Below are positions 18,793-28,937 of a DNA stretch of 42,579 bases, one piece after another. The notes beneath the pieces were generated by a model. That model searched no databases, was not told where the DNA came from, and saw only the letters and a program-made list of their open reading frames with translations. Origin of the DNA: an uncultured Oscillospiraceae bacterium (lineage in GTDB: Bacteria; Bacillota; Clostridia; Acetivibrionales; DTU013); contig CAYOKA010000003.1 in NCBI GenBank assembly GCA_964404395.1, positions 1-42,579 on the forward strand. The letters are read 5' to 3'. The position numbers and the translations under genes are program-made. Position 1 is the stretch's first letter, and every line of letters starts with the position of its first letter.

Positions 18793-20250
18793 ATGGAAAA
18801 GAAGAACGGATTAAAAAGGTTTTTTAATAAAAGGAGTCTCAAATACGGTTCAAATTCTGCCATCCTGATTGTGGCCGTTATAGCAATCGCTGTAATGGTG
18901 AACTTGCTTGCGGGATCGCTCAATTTGAAGCTGGACTTGACTCCTAACAAGTTGTTTTCTCTTTCGGATGTAACAAAAACCGAGTTGGACGAGCTGGAAC
19001 AGGATGTTGAGATAATAGGGCTATTCGATGACGGTAAGATTTCAGGTGATAATCAGTACAAACAGGTTACTGATTTGTTGGACCTTTATCAGAAGAATCC
19101 CCACATCAAGGTGAAGTATATAGACCCTGACAGGGATCCTACCATTATAAATGAGCTTGATCCGGATGGTGCGATGGAGCTTAGGAGTACTAACTTTGTG
19201 GTACGCAGTGTTATCAATGGCAATGAAAAGAAAAAGAAACTGGAATACTATGATCTGTTTGCGGTCCAATTCGATCAGAATACTTGGCAATCCTATATAA
19301 CCGGATCCAATGCCGAGCAGGGCTTTACCGGGGCAATCAAATATGTGACATCCGAGATAACGCCGGTCGTGTATTTTACTGAAGGCCACGGCGAAATAGA
19401 CATGAATACTGAGTATGGGAATGTTATGGATTATCTGGAGAAGAATAATTTCCTTGTAAAGAAGCTTAATCTCATTGCAACAGAGAAAATTCCGGAGGAT
19501 GCGGAAATGGTTATTGTAGCCTCTCCGGACAAGGATATTACATTGAATGAAAGGGATGTGCTTGACGAATATCTCTTTAATGGCGGGAACGCAATATTTA
19601 TGTTTGATTACCTTGCAAATGATCCTTCTTTTGATCAGTTCAATGATTTGTTTGCTAAGTTTAACCTTGCCGTAAACTACGATAAGGTGAAGGAAACAGA
19701 CGAAAGAAATCATATACCCAACGATCCTAATACTATTGTTTTAAATGTAAGCAGCAACAGCATTATTCCGCAGGGTTTTATTACACTGTTGAATAACTCC
19801 AGAAGTATTAGTATCTTGAAAAACGAGAAGGAATATATCAAAACTACTTCTCTTATGAGAACCAGTGAGAATGCTATAGGAGAGATGGTCGACAAGTCCA
19901 GGGGAGACGATCTGCAGGGTCCCCTTGATATAGCTGCGGCTGTAGAATATCAAGGCGGGATGTCTCCAAGCAAGATTATTGTTATGGGCAATGCCTCATT
20001 TATCAGTGATAGCGCTAATAAAACCTATGGGAACTACTACAACAATAGTATGCTTTTCTTCCTACAGTCGATGAACTGGATGATTGACAAGCAGGATGAG
20101 ATTATAGTGCCCACAAAGAATTATGAAAACAACATATTCACGATAACGCAACAGCAGACAAAAATCATGGGCGGAGCTCTTATGGTTTTATTCCCGCTTC
20201 TGATACTCGGCACAGGTCTGGTAGTATTTTTAAGGAGGCGTCATCTATGA
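18793..20250 (+). CDS. GldG-like ABC-transport auxiliary protein
   Basis: 485 aa with N- and C-terminal TM helices flanking a large extracytoplasmic domain. It occupies the position after an ABC-2 permease that GldG-family proteins usually occupy. The family call is from recall and is not verified. Confidence 0.6.
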   Translation: MEKKNGLKRFFNKRSLKYGSNSAILIVAVIAIAVMVNLLAGSLNLKLDLTPNKLFSLSDVTKTELDELEQDVEIIGLFDDGKISGDNQYKQVTDLLDLYQKNPHIKVKYIDPDRDPTIINELDPDGAMELRSTNFVVRSVINGNEKKKKLEYYDLFAVQFDQNTWQSYITGSNAEQGFTGAIKYVTSEITPVVYFTEGHGEIDMNTEYGNVMDYLEKNNFLVKKLNLIATEKIPEDAEMVIVASPDKDITLNERDVLDEYLFNGGNAIFMFDYLANDPSFDQFNDLFAKFNLAVNYDKVKETDERNHIPNDPNTIVLNVSSNSIIPQGFITLLNNSRSISILKNEKEYIKTTSLMRTSENAIGEMVDKSRGDDLQGPLDIAAAVEYQGGMSPSKIIVMGNASFISDSANKTYGNYYNNSMLFFLQSMNWMIDKQDEIIVPTKNYENNIFTITQQQTKIMGGALMVLFPLLILGTGLVVFLRRRHL

Positions 20251-21647
20251 AATTGTACAGGAATGCAATTATTCTTATTGTAATAGTTGCGCTTCTTGTT
20301 GGAGTGTATTTTGTGATGGACAGGCTAAAGCCAAAGGATAGTCAGACGGAAGACCCCCGTGATGATTTGATAAGGATCACTGATTATACTTCGGATGAGA
20401 TTGAATCAGTAAAGCTTGAGAATCCTGACGGCACCTTTATCATCAAAAAAAAGGATACGGAGTGGGTATTATCTTCGCCCAAGGATATTAAATACGATTC
20501 AGCAATTCTGAGCAGTATCGTAATAAACGCATCTTCGATTGTCGCAGATAAGCTGATAGAAGAGAATGCTCAGGATTTGGCGAAATATGGCTTTGATAAT
20601 GCTGTGACTGTTACTATTGAGGGCAAGGAAAATAATGATACGGTATTGAAGGTCGGCGACAAGACTCCCACTGCCAGTGGATATTATATAAAGCCGGCCG
20701 ACAAGGGTGATGTCTACGTCGTTAGCTCCTATACCGGGAATTATCTTGTTACCGACAGGAACGGGATGAGATCCAAACAGCTGCTTGACTTTACCTACGA
20801 AGAGATGACCTCGCTGTCATTGGATAGAAAGGGCGAAAATGTATTTGTTTCAGAAATGGATATCGAAACCAGGGACTGGTCTATGGTCAGACCAATTAAT
20901 GGAAGCGCGAATCCATCGGCTCTGATGCCTATGCTAGATGCACTGGCCAATTCAGCTGTTATAAGCTTTGTGGAGGATAAGCCCACAGACCTTGCACAGT
21001 ATGGGCTGGTTAACCCTTCCTATGTGTTTGAATTTGCAACTGAATCCCATGGTACATTTAAGCTGAGCATGGGGGATGAAAAGGTGAAGGGCTCGGAGAT
21101 ATATGCCCAGCTGGATAGCAGCGATGAAGTTTTTACTATGGACATATCAAGCTTTACCTTCCTCGATAAGCCGCTGAAGGAAATTGTTGATGTATTCGCT
21201 TACATTGTCAACATCGATCAGGTGAAAAAGATTGATTTGACCATGGACGGAAAAACCACCAATATGACTCTGGATGTTTACAAGGATGCGGAGGGGAAAA
21301 CCGATAACGAAAAGGACAAGTTTACTGTAAACGGAATGGATGCGACCGGTAAAGATGAAGATGATAACCAGCCCTTCAGAAAGTTCTATCAAGCTCTCAT
21401 TGGCATAAGCCTGGATGAAATTGATGTAGAGGGCAAACCGACAGCGAATGCTGAAATAACGATTAATTACACCTTGAAGGATGGCTCGATGAAGGTTGAG
21501 TTTATTCCCAAGGACGAGAACTACTACTATGTATCCAGAAACGACGAATATGCAGGAATTCTGGTGAAAAAGAACAAGGGTGATTTCGGCGTGCGCGGCA
21601 TGAGAGAAGCCTACGATAAGATGATGGGTTTTATCAAATGCTCTTAA
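20247..21647 (+). CDS. DUF4340-like membrane-anchored protein
   Basis: 466 aa with a single N-terminal TM helix (IILIVIVALLVGVYFV). Its start overlaps the upstream stop (ATGA at 20247-20250). This is the usual fourth member of GldA/F/G-like clusters. The family call is from recall. Confidence 0.55.
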   Translation: MKLYRNAIILIVIVALLVGVYFVMDRLKPKDSQTEDPRDDLIRITDYTSDEIESVKLENPDGTFIIKKKDTEWVLSSPKDIKYDSAILSSIVINASSIVADKLIEENAQDLAKYGFDNAVTVTIEGKENNDTVLKVGDKTPTASGYYIKPADKGDVYVVSSYTGNYLVTDRNGMRSKQLLDFTYEEMTSLSLDRKGENVFVSEMDIETRDWSMVRPINGSANPSALMPMLDALANSAVISFVEDKPTDLAQYGLVNPSYVFEFATESHGTFKLSMGDEKVKGSEIYAQLDSSDEVFTMDISSFTFLDKPLKEIVDVFAYIVNIDQVKKIDLTMDGKTTNMTLDVYKDAEGKTDNEKDKFTVNGMDATGKDEDDNQPFRKFYQALIGISLDEIDVEGKPTANAEITINYTLKDGSMKVEFIPKDENYYYVSRNDEYAGILVKKNKGDFGVRGMREAYDKMMGFIKCS

Positions 21648-21924
21648 GACCTTCGCCTCTATAGGCGGGGGATAAACAGATTCACACTTCAGTGGTGGGT
21701 TCAATCCCCCTCTGAAGGAGCATTTGATAAAATGCTCGCGGCGCGATACACACAAAACGCATAAAGAAGGCGCTAAAGCGCCCGCGTTTAGGCGTACAAT
21801 TCGCGCAAGCGCTCATTGAAAGCCGGTAATTGATATTTGCAGCTACCCAAATGGCATAGCTGAGTAATTTTAAGAATGGCTTCCACATAGAATGATATTG
21901 TTCAATTCTATGTGGGAGCTTTTT

Positions 21925-22980
21925 ATGTCCGAAGAACTCAAAAATATTGTAAGGGTTGCTTGTGTATACGCAACAAGTATTATTGGAGCCGGCTTTGCCT
22001 CCGGGCAGGAGATAATGCAGTTCTTTTCCTCCTATAGGACGGGAGGCTTTTATGGCATAATGCTTGCGGGCATTGTATTTGCCGTGTTGGGTAGTGTCGT
22101 GCTGAGAAAGATCCGTGCAGAGCGGATTAGAAGCTATGAGGAGTTTCTTTTCCCCACATTCGGCTGGCGAGCGGGAGTGGTTATCAATATATCTGTGACT
22201 GTGTTCATGTTATGCATGTTTTGCATCATGCTGGCAGGCTCAGGCAATGTGCTTTCTGACTGGTTAGGGATACCATATGTATATGCAGCGCTTATTATGG
22301 GTTTGATCTGCCTGGTGCTTATCATGACAAATATCAGGGGAATCGTAACTCTGAGTACTTTTGTAACGCCAATTCTTGTTGGTGGAGTTATTATGGCAGG
22401 CATTGCTGTCTTTTTCTACAACGAAACACAAGTATTTTTGGTTTCAGAATACCTCAGCTACATTTCAAGGAACTGGTTTGTATCGTCCCTTCTGTATGTT
22501 AGCTACAACAGTATCCCGGCAATTGTAATGATGTGTGGCCTGCTGCCTTATCTAAAAACCCAAAGGACAGCAATGGCAGGTGGGCTTGCGGGTGGAATGA
22601 TTCTATGCCTTACTGCCTTCATTATCCATGCAGCTATATGTATGCTTTACCCGGCAGCGATGGATAAGGAACTTCCCATGCTGGCGATTTTAAGCAGCTT
22701 TAGCAGCTCGGCAGGAAACCTGTATAGTATCGTTCTATGGCTTGCCATGTTGGTTTCAGCAATAACTGCGGGCTTTTGCTTTGCTGACCGAATTAGTTCA
22801 TCACTGAAGATTAAGAGAAGAATTGCTGTCTTGTTAACATGCCTGGTTGCAGTACCCTTATCTACATTTGGGTTTTCCATGCTAATATCCGTTATTTACC
22901 CAGTATTCGGTTATCTTGGCCTGTATATGATTATTGTGGTGCTGGCACAGAGAATAGCAGAGCTGTGCCGTCGACGATAA
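21925..22980 (+). CDS. polytopic membrane protein, YkvI-like putative transporter
   Basis: ORF 21892-22980 with about 10-11 TM helices and an N-terminus ACVYATSIIGAGFASGQEIMQFF. ATG 21925 lies 6 nt after GGGAG. Confidence 0.6.
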   Translation: MSEELKNIVRVACVYATSIIGAGFASGQEIMQFFSSYRTGGFYGIMLAGIVFAVLGSVVLRKIRAERIRSYEEFLFPTFGWRAGVVINISVTVFMLCMFCIMLAGSGNVLSDWLGIPYVYAALIMGLICLVLIMTNIRGIVTLSTFVTPILVGGVIMAGIAVFFYNETQVFLVSEYLSYISRNWFVSSLLYVSYNSIPAIVMMCGLLPYLKTQRTAMAGGLAGGMILCLTAFIIHAAICMLYPAAMDKELPMLAILSSFSSSAGNLYSIVLWLAMLVSAITAGFCFADRISSSLKIKRRIAVLLTCLVAVPLSTFGFSMLISVIYPVFGYLGLYMIIVVLAQRIAELCRRR

Positions 22981-23058
22981 CCGGCACATAGCACGCCGAC
23001 AAAAGACACATCAGCTTATATAGCAGGAAATAGATTTCTATGATAAAATAATATCCGC

Positions 23059-24288
23059 ATGGAACATTTACCAAAGAGTTTTGCAATGCACACCAAAGAG
23101 GAAACAGGGGTGAACCTTTTGAAGACACAGCCGGAGCGGGAAAAGGCGCGGTCTGGAGGGTCAAAGGCCGGTATGATTACAGCATTGCTGCTGTTTCTGT
23201 CTGTTATTGCTGTGGCTTTTTTTTCATATCAGAGAAGCCTTAACCCGGATGCAGATCTGAAAAGCATTATACAGAAAATTCGAGCTTCAGCGACTGACGT
23301 TGTCAAGGAGGCACAGCTTTTACATACTTACGAATTTGATGCAAACGAAAAACCGATATTTGTTGTGTATAAAAATTACATCGTAAAATGTGGCAGCAGC
23401 GGCATCTGGTTTTTGGACAAGACCGGGGAGGTTATCCGGTCGGAAGGCCTGATATACAGCAATCCAATTATAAAGACCAGCGGATCGCAGCTCATGGTTG
23501 CGGATAGAAATACAGGAGAAATCTCTGTTCTGGATGAAAAAACTATCCGCTGGCGTGAAAAGCTTGACACCCCGATTTTGAATGCTGATATAAACGAGAA
23601 TGGGTATGTGACAGTTATTACCAGTGCAAAAAGAGACAACAACATGATAAGAGTTTTTGAATCACATGGGGTGGAATTATTCCAGAAGGTTATAGCCAAT
23701 GACTTCGCGGTTTCAGCCAATGTTTCTCCATCGGGCAATATGCTCACACTATCTGCAATAAACACAGGTGCTGTCGGAGTATTTTCCATTTACAAACTTT
23801 ATGATATGAGGGGCAATGATTTGACGAATCTTTCTTTTGACGAATCGGCTGAATTGCTCCCCATTTTCTGGTATAATAGCAACAATAGTATATTTGCAGT
23901 AGGCGACAGAGCCGTGGCTTCGATTGACCCATCGGGCAAGTTAATATGGGAGAAGCAGTTTAGGAGCTTGATAGGTGCTGAACCTGTGGGAGGTGGGAAA
24001 CTTGCCCTGGTTGAACAGAGCAGTGACGGAACTATGCTGAGGGTATATTCGTCGGAAGGGGAAGAGGAGCTGGCAATCGGCATACTGCAGGGTAAGCTGG
24101 AAGGGATGAATGCTAAGAGAGGTATTATTTCTGTACACACATCCGATTCAGTTTACTTTTACAATAATAAAGGCAAGAATATCAGCAAATATAAAGCAGA
24201 TTCACAAATCAAGCAGGTATGCTTCTTTGACAAACGTCAGGCCGCTGTGGTTACTGACCGTCAAGTGGCTGTGATTAACATATATTAA
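23059..24288 (+). CDS. hypothetical membrane-anchored protein with repeated beta-propeller-like (PQQ-like) segments
   Basis: 409-aa ORF with one TM helix (MITALLLFLSVIAVAFF). It then shows recurring segments such as GIWFLDKTGEVI, ADRNTGEISVLDEKTIRW and IDPSGKLIWEKQF. The start codon is uncertain. Confidence 0.5.
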   Translation: MEHLPKSFAMHTKEETGVNLLKTQPEREKARSGGSKAGMITALLLFLSVIAVAFFSYQRSLNPDADLKSIIQKIRASATDVVKEAQLLHTYEFDANEKPIFVVYKNYIVKCGSSGIWFLDKTGEVIRSEGLIYSNPIIKTSGSQLMVADRNTGEISVLDEKTIRWREKLDTPILNADINENGYVTVITSAKRDNNMIRVFESHGVELFQKVIANDFAVSANVSPSGNMLTLSAINTGAVGVFSIYKLYDMRGNDLTNLSFDESAELLPIFWYNSNNSIFAVGDRAVASIDPSGKLIWEKQFRSLIGAEPVGGGKLALVEQSSDGTMLRVYSSEGEEELAIGILQGKLEGMNAKRGIISVHTSDSVYFYNNKGKNISKYKADSQIKQVCFFDKRQAAVVTDRQVAVINIY

Positions 24289-24334
24289 TATGAGTGAGTT
24301 GAGACCGGTGTTTAGCCGGTAGTTGGGAGGTTAT

Positions 24335-25045
24335 ATGAACTGGAGTGACTTTGTTGTTGTAGGAGTGATTGCCCTATTTGCTATTATCGGTTTCTCCAAG
24401 GGCTTCATCATGTCGGTTTATAAATTGCTGGCTTTTGTTGTGTGTATTTTTCTATCTGTTAAATTTGCGCCGTTATTTGCTGTTATGCTTGAGAATACAG
24501 CCGTTTTTGACACAATAAAAAATATTATAGTTAAGAACCTTCCGCATATAAGCCAGGAAGCCTTTGCTTCTTCGGCTGCAGCTCCGGCAGGCACGGAGGG
24601 TGCGCAAGCAATGCTGGGAGCACTGGCTCTTCCCTTATTCATAAAAGGGTCCTTGCTTGAGAACATGCCCTCATCAACCGAATTGATTAATTTGGATGTG
24701 ATTTACAATGCAATAGGTGAAGAGCTGACAAAGATGATTATATCCGTGCTGGCTCTTATCGTATTATATATTGTTTTAAGAATAATTACCGGATTTCTCG
24801 GGCTCCTTCTAAAAGGGGTGTCGCAACTGCCTGTATTTAAGCAAGTAAATAAGCTTGGAGGATTTATACTGGGAGCTCTTCAAGGATTTTTGGCCATTTA
24901 CATAATATGTGCCCTATTAGTTATGTTCCATTCGAATCCGGGATTTGCTTCTGTGTTCGACAGTATAGGGACTTCCCTTTTCGCAAAAAGCTTTTATGAG
25001 AATAATTTTATTATAAGCATGCTGTTTCCAACCAGTGTTGTATAA
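24335..25045 (+). CDS. cvpA: CvpA family membrane protein
   Basis: The N-terminus MNWSDFVVVGVIALFAIIGFSKGFIMSVYKLLAFVV is typical of CvpA (colicin V production) family proteins. ATG 24335 follows GGGAGG (24325-24330). Confidence 0.7.
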   Translation: MNWSDFVVVGVIALFAIIGFSKGFIMSVYKLLAFVVCIFLSVKFAPLFAVMLENTAVFDTIKNIIVKNLPHISQEAFASSAAAPAGTEGAQAMLGALALPLFIKGSLLENMPSSTELINLDVIYNAIGEELTKMIISVLALIVLYIVLRIITGFLGLLLKGVSQLPVFKQVNKLGGFILGALQGFLAIYIICALLVMFHSNPGFASVFDSIGTSLFAKSFYENNFIISMLFPTSVV

Positions 25046-25158
25046 GGAAGCAGGCGTGGAGCCATAATAGTCGGCAATAGGCGACAATAGGAAGGTTCAT
25101 GTATTTTGCGCCGGTACTGTTCGAAAAGTAATGCTTCTAACCTTTTTTTATTAATTCA

Positions 25159-25188
25159 TGGACATTATACTAAAAAACATAGTAAAAT
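25159..25188 (+). promoter_or_regulatory. ilvD promoter
   Basis: TGGACA (25159-25164), an 18-nt spacer, then TAAAAT (25183-25188). Confidence 0.45.
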
Positions 25189-25206
25189 GGTTCTATTATC
25201 AAAGGC

Positions 25207-25225
25207 TTTTGCGATAATCGCAAAA
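25207..25225. promoter_or_regulatory. 19-bp perfect palindrome in the ilvD leader (candidate operator)
   Basis: TTTTGCGAT-A-ATCGCAAAA has 9-bp perfect arms. It lies about 20-40 nt downstream of the predicted transcription start. Confidence 0.4.
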
Positions 25226-25244
25226 TGCACTATCAGCTAAGTCT

Positions 25245-25275
25245 GCCGGGGAGCAAGAAACCCGGCTGTTTTCTT
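25245..25275 (+). terminator. leader terminator / attenuator upstream of ilvD
   Basis: GCCGGG (25245-25250) pairs with CCCGGC (25261-25266) and is followed by TGTTTTCTT. It lies about 35 nt before the ilvD start. Confidence 0.4.
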
Positions 25276-25309
25276 AATACCCATTTGGGAAGAAAGGTAG
25301 GCAAGTGCA

Positions 25310-26968
25310 ATGAAAAGTGACACTGTAAAAAAAGGTATTGAAAGAGCTCCTCACAGAGCACTTTTTAAGGCTATGGGATATACAGATGAGGAGATAAAAA
25401 GGCCACTTATCGGAGTGGTTAATTCGAAGAACGAGATAGTACCGGGACATGTACACCTTGATAATATTGCAGATTCAGTCAAGGCGGGGATAAGAATGGC
25501 AGGAGGTACACCGGTGGAATTCGGAGCCATTGGTATTTGCGATGGCATAGCAATGGGCCATGAGGGTATGAAATACTCGCTGGCTTCCAGAGAGCTAATT
25601 GCTGATTCCTGCGAGGCTATGGGGCGTGCCCACAGCTTTGACGGCATGGTTTTTATCCCCAACTGCGACAAGATAGTTCCCGGAATGCTAATGGCTGCCG
25701 CCAGAGTGAACGTGCCTTCGATAGTAATCAGCGGAGGGCCTATGCTTTCGCTGAAACGTAAGGGAAAGCAGTTGGACCTAAACAGCGTTTTTGAGGCTGT
25801 TGGAGCTTATAAAGCGGGAATGATGACTCAGGAGGATGTCGCGGAATATGAGGATCATGCATGTCCCGGTTGTGGATCGTGTTCGGGCATGTTCACGGCA
25901 AATTCCATGAATTGTCTCACAGAGGTACTGGGAATGGGGCTTCCCGGCAATGGTACTATTCCTGCGGTGTATGCAGAAAGAATAAGACTGGCCAAGCAGG
26001 CCGGAATGAAAGTCATGGAACTGGTGGATAAGGACATAAGGCCTTCGGACATACTTACGCAAGAGGCCTTTGAAAATGCATTAACTGTGGATATGGCGCT
26101 GGGTTGTTCGACTAATTCGGTTTTACATCTACCTGCGATTGCTCACGAATTAGGGATTGCCATTGACCTGGATATTATTAATCAGATTAGCGGCAGAGTA
26201 CCAAACCTTTGTAAGCTTGCTCCGGCAGGTGACCATCATGTGCAGAATCTTTATGCTGCAGGCGGGGTCCAGGCTGTAATGAAGGAACTTTCAACAAAGG
26301 GCTTTTTGTATCTCGAGCTTATGACCGTCACAGGTAAAACTGTGGCAGAAAATATTCGCAAGGCTGAGGTTGCGGACAGAAATGTTATTAGAAGCATCGA
26401 GAACCCCTACAGCTCTACTGGTGGCATAGCAGTCCTCAGAGGCAACATTGCTCCTGATGGAGCGGTTGTTAAGCGCTCTGCTGTTGCTGAGGAGATGCTT
26501 GTGCACAGAGGGCCTGCCAGAGTGTTCGATTCTGAAGAGACTGCAATAGAAGCAATTTATGATGGGGACATTGAAAAGGGTGACGTAATCATAATCCGCT
26601 ATGAAGGTCCAAAGGGCGGCCCGGGGATGAGGGAAATGCTGGGTCCGACGTCGGCAATAGCCGGTATGGGACTGGACAGGGATGTTGCGCTGATAACGGA
26701 TGGTAGGTTTTCAGGTGCATCCAGGGGAGCAAGTATAGGACATGTTTCGCCTGAGGCCATGGAGGGCGGCATGATTGCGGCAGTGCAGGAGGGCGACATT
26801 ATAGATATAAATATTCCCAAGGGCACTCTGAATGCAGATGTGGCTGAGGAGGAGCTTAAAAGCAGAATGGCCTCGTGGAAGGCTCCCCGGGCCAGGAACA
26901 CAACGGGTTATCTGGGTAGGTATACAAGGCTGGTAACGTCAGCTAGTACAGGAGCGGTGCTGAAGTAG
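25310..26968 (+). CDS. ilvD: dihydroxy-acid dehydratase
   Basis: 552 aa with [28 protein letters not shown] and [21 protein letters not shown] (Fe-S cluster ligands). The C-terminus is typical of IlvD. Confidence 0.95.
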   Translation: MKSDTVKKGIERAPHRALFKAMGYTDEEIKRPLIGVVNSKNEIVPGHVHLDNIADSVKAGIRMAGGTPVEFGAIGICDGIAMGHEGMKYSLASRELIADSCEAMGRAHSFDGMVFIPNCDKIVPGMLMAAARVNVPSIVISGGPMLSLKRKGKQLDLNSVFEAVGAYKAGMMTQEDVAEYEDHACPGCGSCSGMFTANSMNCLTEVLGMGLPGNGTIPAVYAERIRLAKQAGMKVMELVDKDIRPSDILTQEAFENALTVDMALGCSTNSVLHLPAIAHELGIAIDLDIINQISGRVPNLCKLAPAGDHHVQNLYAAGGVQAVMKELSTKGFLYLELMTVTGKTVAENIRKAEVADRNVIRSIENPYSSTGGIAVLRGNIAPDGAVVKRSAVAEEMLVHRGPARVFDSEETAIEAIYDGDIEKGDVIIIRYEGPKGGPGMREMLGPTSAIAGMGLDRDVALITDGRFSGASRGASIGHVSPEAMEGGMIAAVQEGDIIDINIPKGTLNADVAEEELKSRMASWKAPRARNTTGYLGRYTRLVTSASTGAVLK

Positions 26969-27032
26969 AAATAGCGGCGCCCTTTTGCCGATTTTTGGCG
27001 GACAAAACCGACTATATGAATGGGGGTTTAAA

Positions 27033-28700
27033 ATGAAATTGACAGGAGCACAGATACTGATAGAGTGCTTAAAGGAACAAGGGATTGACACCGTCTTCGG
27101 ATTTCCCGGAGGTGCTGTTCTCAATATATATGATGCCTTATATAAGGCTCAAAATGAAATCAGGCATATTCTTACATCCCATGAACAGGGCGCATCCCAT
27201 GCGGCAGATGGATATTCTCGTGCTACTGGGAAAACAGGAGTATGCATAGCCACCTCTGGCCCCGGTGCAACCAACCTGGTTACAGGTATCGCAACAGCTT
27301 ATATGGACTCCGTACCAATGGTGGCTATTACAGGGCAGGTGCCTACTGCTCTTTTAGGGAAGGACTCTTTTCAAGAGGTTGACATCACAGGAATAACGAT
27401 GCCTGTGACTAAACATAATTATATTGTAAAGGACATAGAGAAATTAGCGGATATTGTCCGCGATGCGTTCAGGATAGCCGCAAGCGGGCGTCCCGGGCCG
27501 GTGTTGATCGACATTTGCAAGGATGTGACTGCAGCGGTTGCTGAATATGAGCCTAATAAGGCGGAGCCAATTGAATATATTCCCATTGGCGTAACAGATG
27601 CTGAGCTGGACGAGGCGGCAGAAGTAATTAATTGTGCGAAGCGGCCGATAATCATGGCTGGCGGTGGAGTCTCAATAGCGGGGGCAGATGCGCAAATGCT
27701 TGCCTTGGCGCAGAAAGCAAAGATACCCGTTATGACCACACTGATGGGGCTGGGGTCATTCCCCGGAACTCATGAGCTCTATACGGGCCTTGTGGGTATG
27801 CATGGCTCCAAAACATCAAATTTGGCGGCTTCTGAAGCAGATTTGTTCTTCGCTATTGGTGCAAGATTCAGTGACAGGGTGGTTAGCAACGTTAAGAAAT
27901 TCGCTCCGAATGCGAAAATTATGCACATTGACATAGATCCTGCCGAGATTGGTAAGAATGTCAAGGTGCATTACCCCTTGATTGGAAATATGAAGGAAAT
28001 ACTGAGCGAGCTTACAGATAGAATCGAGGATTGTGGAAAGACTGCCTGGAATGCTAAAATAGATAAATGGAAGGCGCAATATCCTTTGAAATATGATAAT
28101 GGCGGCTCTCTGAAACCTCACTATATTATCGAAAGGCTTTATGAACTGACGGGTGGAGATGCGCTGATTACCACCGAGGTAGGGCAAAACCAGATTTGGG
28201 CGGCACAGTTTTACAAGTATACAAAGCCAAGGCAGTTTTTATCCTCCGGTGGTTTGGGCACAATGGGCTATGGCCTTGGCGCCTGCATAGGAGCGCAGAT
28301 TGGCAGGCCGGAGAAGAAAGTGATTAATGTAGCAGGAGACGGGAGCTTCAGGATGAATTGTACTGAGCTTGCGACTGCGGTGGAGTATAAGCTGCCCATT
28401 ATCGTTGCCATACTGAACAACCATGTGTTGGGAATGGTCAGACAATGGCAGACACTGTTCTACGATAAAAGATATTCCAGTACGACGATTGACAGAGCTA
28501 CCGATTTTGTGGCGCTGGCCGAAGCCTTTGGAGCGATTGGAATCTCTGTAAAATCCACCGATCAGGTGGATGAGGCACTAAAAAAGGCCTTGGCATCAAC
28601 TGACAGACCCGTGTTGATTAATTTCGAAATTGACAGGGATGATATGGTTTTTCCTATCGTTCCGCCCGGTGCCCCCATCGAAGAACTTATTGATGAATAG
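27033..28700 (+). CDS. ilvB: acetolactate synthase (acetohydroxy-acid synthase) large subunit
   Basis: ORF 26985-28700 with MKLTGAQILIECLKEQGIDTVFGFPGGAVL and the ThDP motif GLGTMGYGLGACIGAQ...GDGSFRMN. ATG 27033 follows GGGGG. Confidence 0.9.
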   Translation: MKLTGAQILIECLKEQGIDTVFGFPGGAVLNIYDALYKAQNEIRHILTSHEQGASHAADGYSRATGKTGVCIATSGPGATNLVTGIATAYMDSVPMVAITGQVPTALLGKDSFQEVDITGITMPVTKHNYIVKDIEKLADIVRDAFRIAASGRPGPVLIDICKDVTAAVAEYEPNKAEPIEYIPIGVTDAELDEAAEVINCAKRPIIMAGGGVSIAGADAQMLALAQKAKIPVMTTLMGLGSFPGTHELYTGLVGMHGSKTSNLAASEADLFFAIGARFSDRVVSNVKKFAPNAKIMHIDIDPAEIGKNVKVHYPLIGNMKEILSELTDRIEDCGKTAWNAKIDKWKAQYPLKYDNGGSLKPHYIIERLYELTGGDALITTEVGQNQIWAAQFYKYTKPRQFLSSGGLGTMGYGLGACIGAQIGRPEKKVINVAGDGSFRMNCTELATAVEYKLPIIVAILNNHVLGMVRQWQTLFYDKRYSSTTIDRATDFVALAEAFGAIGISVKSTDQVDEALKKALASTDRPVLINFEIDRDDMVFPIVPPGAPIEELIDE

Positions 28701-28897
28701 GTGTGGTGGGGAGGCATGGTTGCAGAATTCAGAGGGATAGGCAAATACCGGTAGCAGATTCCGTCGCAAAACAGGCTGTTAGAATCGTGGTTCGCTGAAA
28801 TGCGGTGCCTACCCATTTTATCTGCGATGCCGTCAATAGGTGTTTAAAAAGCTTCGCTATGTACTCGTTGAAAAAAGTAAAAATGTACAAGACATGC

Positions 28898-28926
28898 TTG
28901 ACACGCTTATATAATTATTATATTAT
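28898..28926 (+). promoter_or_regulatory. promoter of the GntR-transketolase cluster
   Basis: TTGACA (28898-28903), a 17-nt spacer, then TATTAT (28921-28926). Confidence 0.55.
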
Positions 28927-28937
28927 TATGATATAAG

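Noticed and set aside
21650-21719. tRNA-like segment with a GGTTCAATCC T-loop-like motif and 6 of 7 acceptor-type pairs between 21650-21656 and 21712-21718.
   Set aside because: No anticodon arm can be folded, the D-stem has only 3 bp, the T-stem has a mismatch, and there is no CCA or discriminator context. The CTTCAG/CTGAAG hairpin explains the pairing better. At most it is a decayed tRNA relic.
21682-21888. 68-codon minus-strand ORF in the spacer before the YkvI-like gene.
   Set aside because: It has no RBS, it covers the hairpin array, and the sequence is not protein-like.
28716-28754. 12-codon ORF with a good RBS right after ilvB, considered as a truncated ilvN.
   Set aside because: The peptide MVAEFRGIGKYR does not resemble ACT-domain small-subunit N-termini, and there is no downstream frame-shifted continuation.
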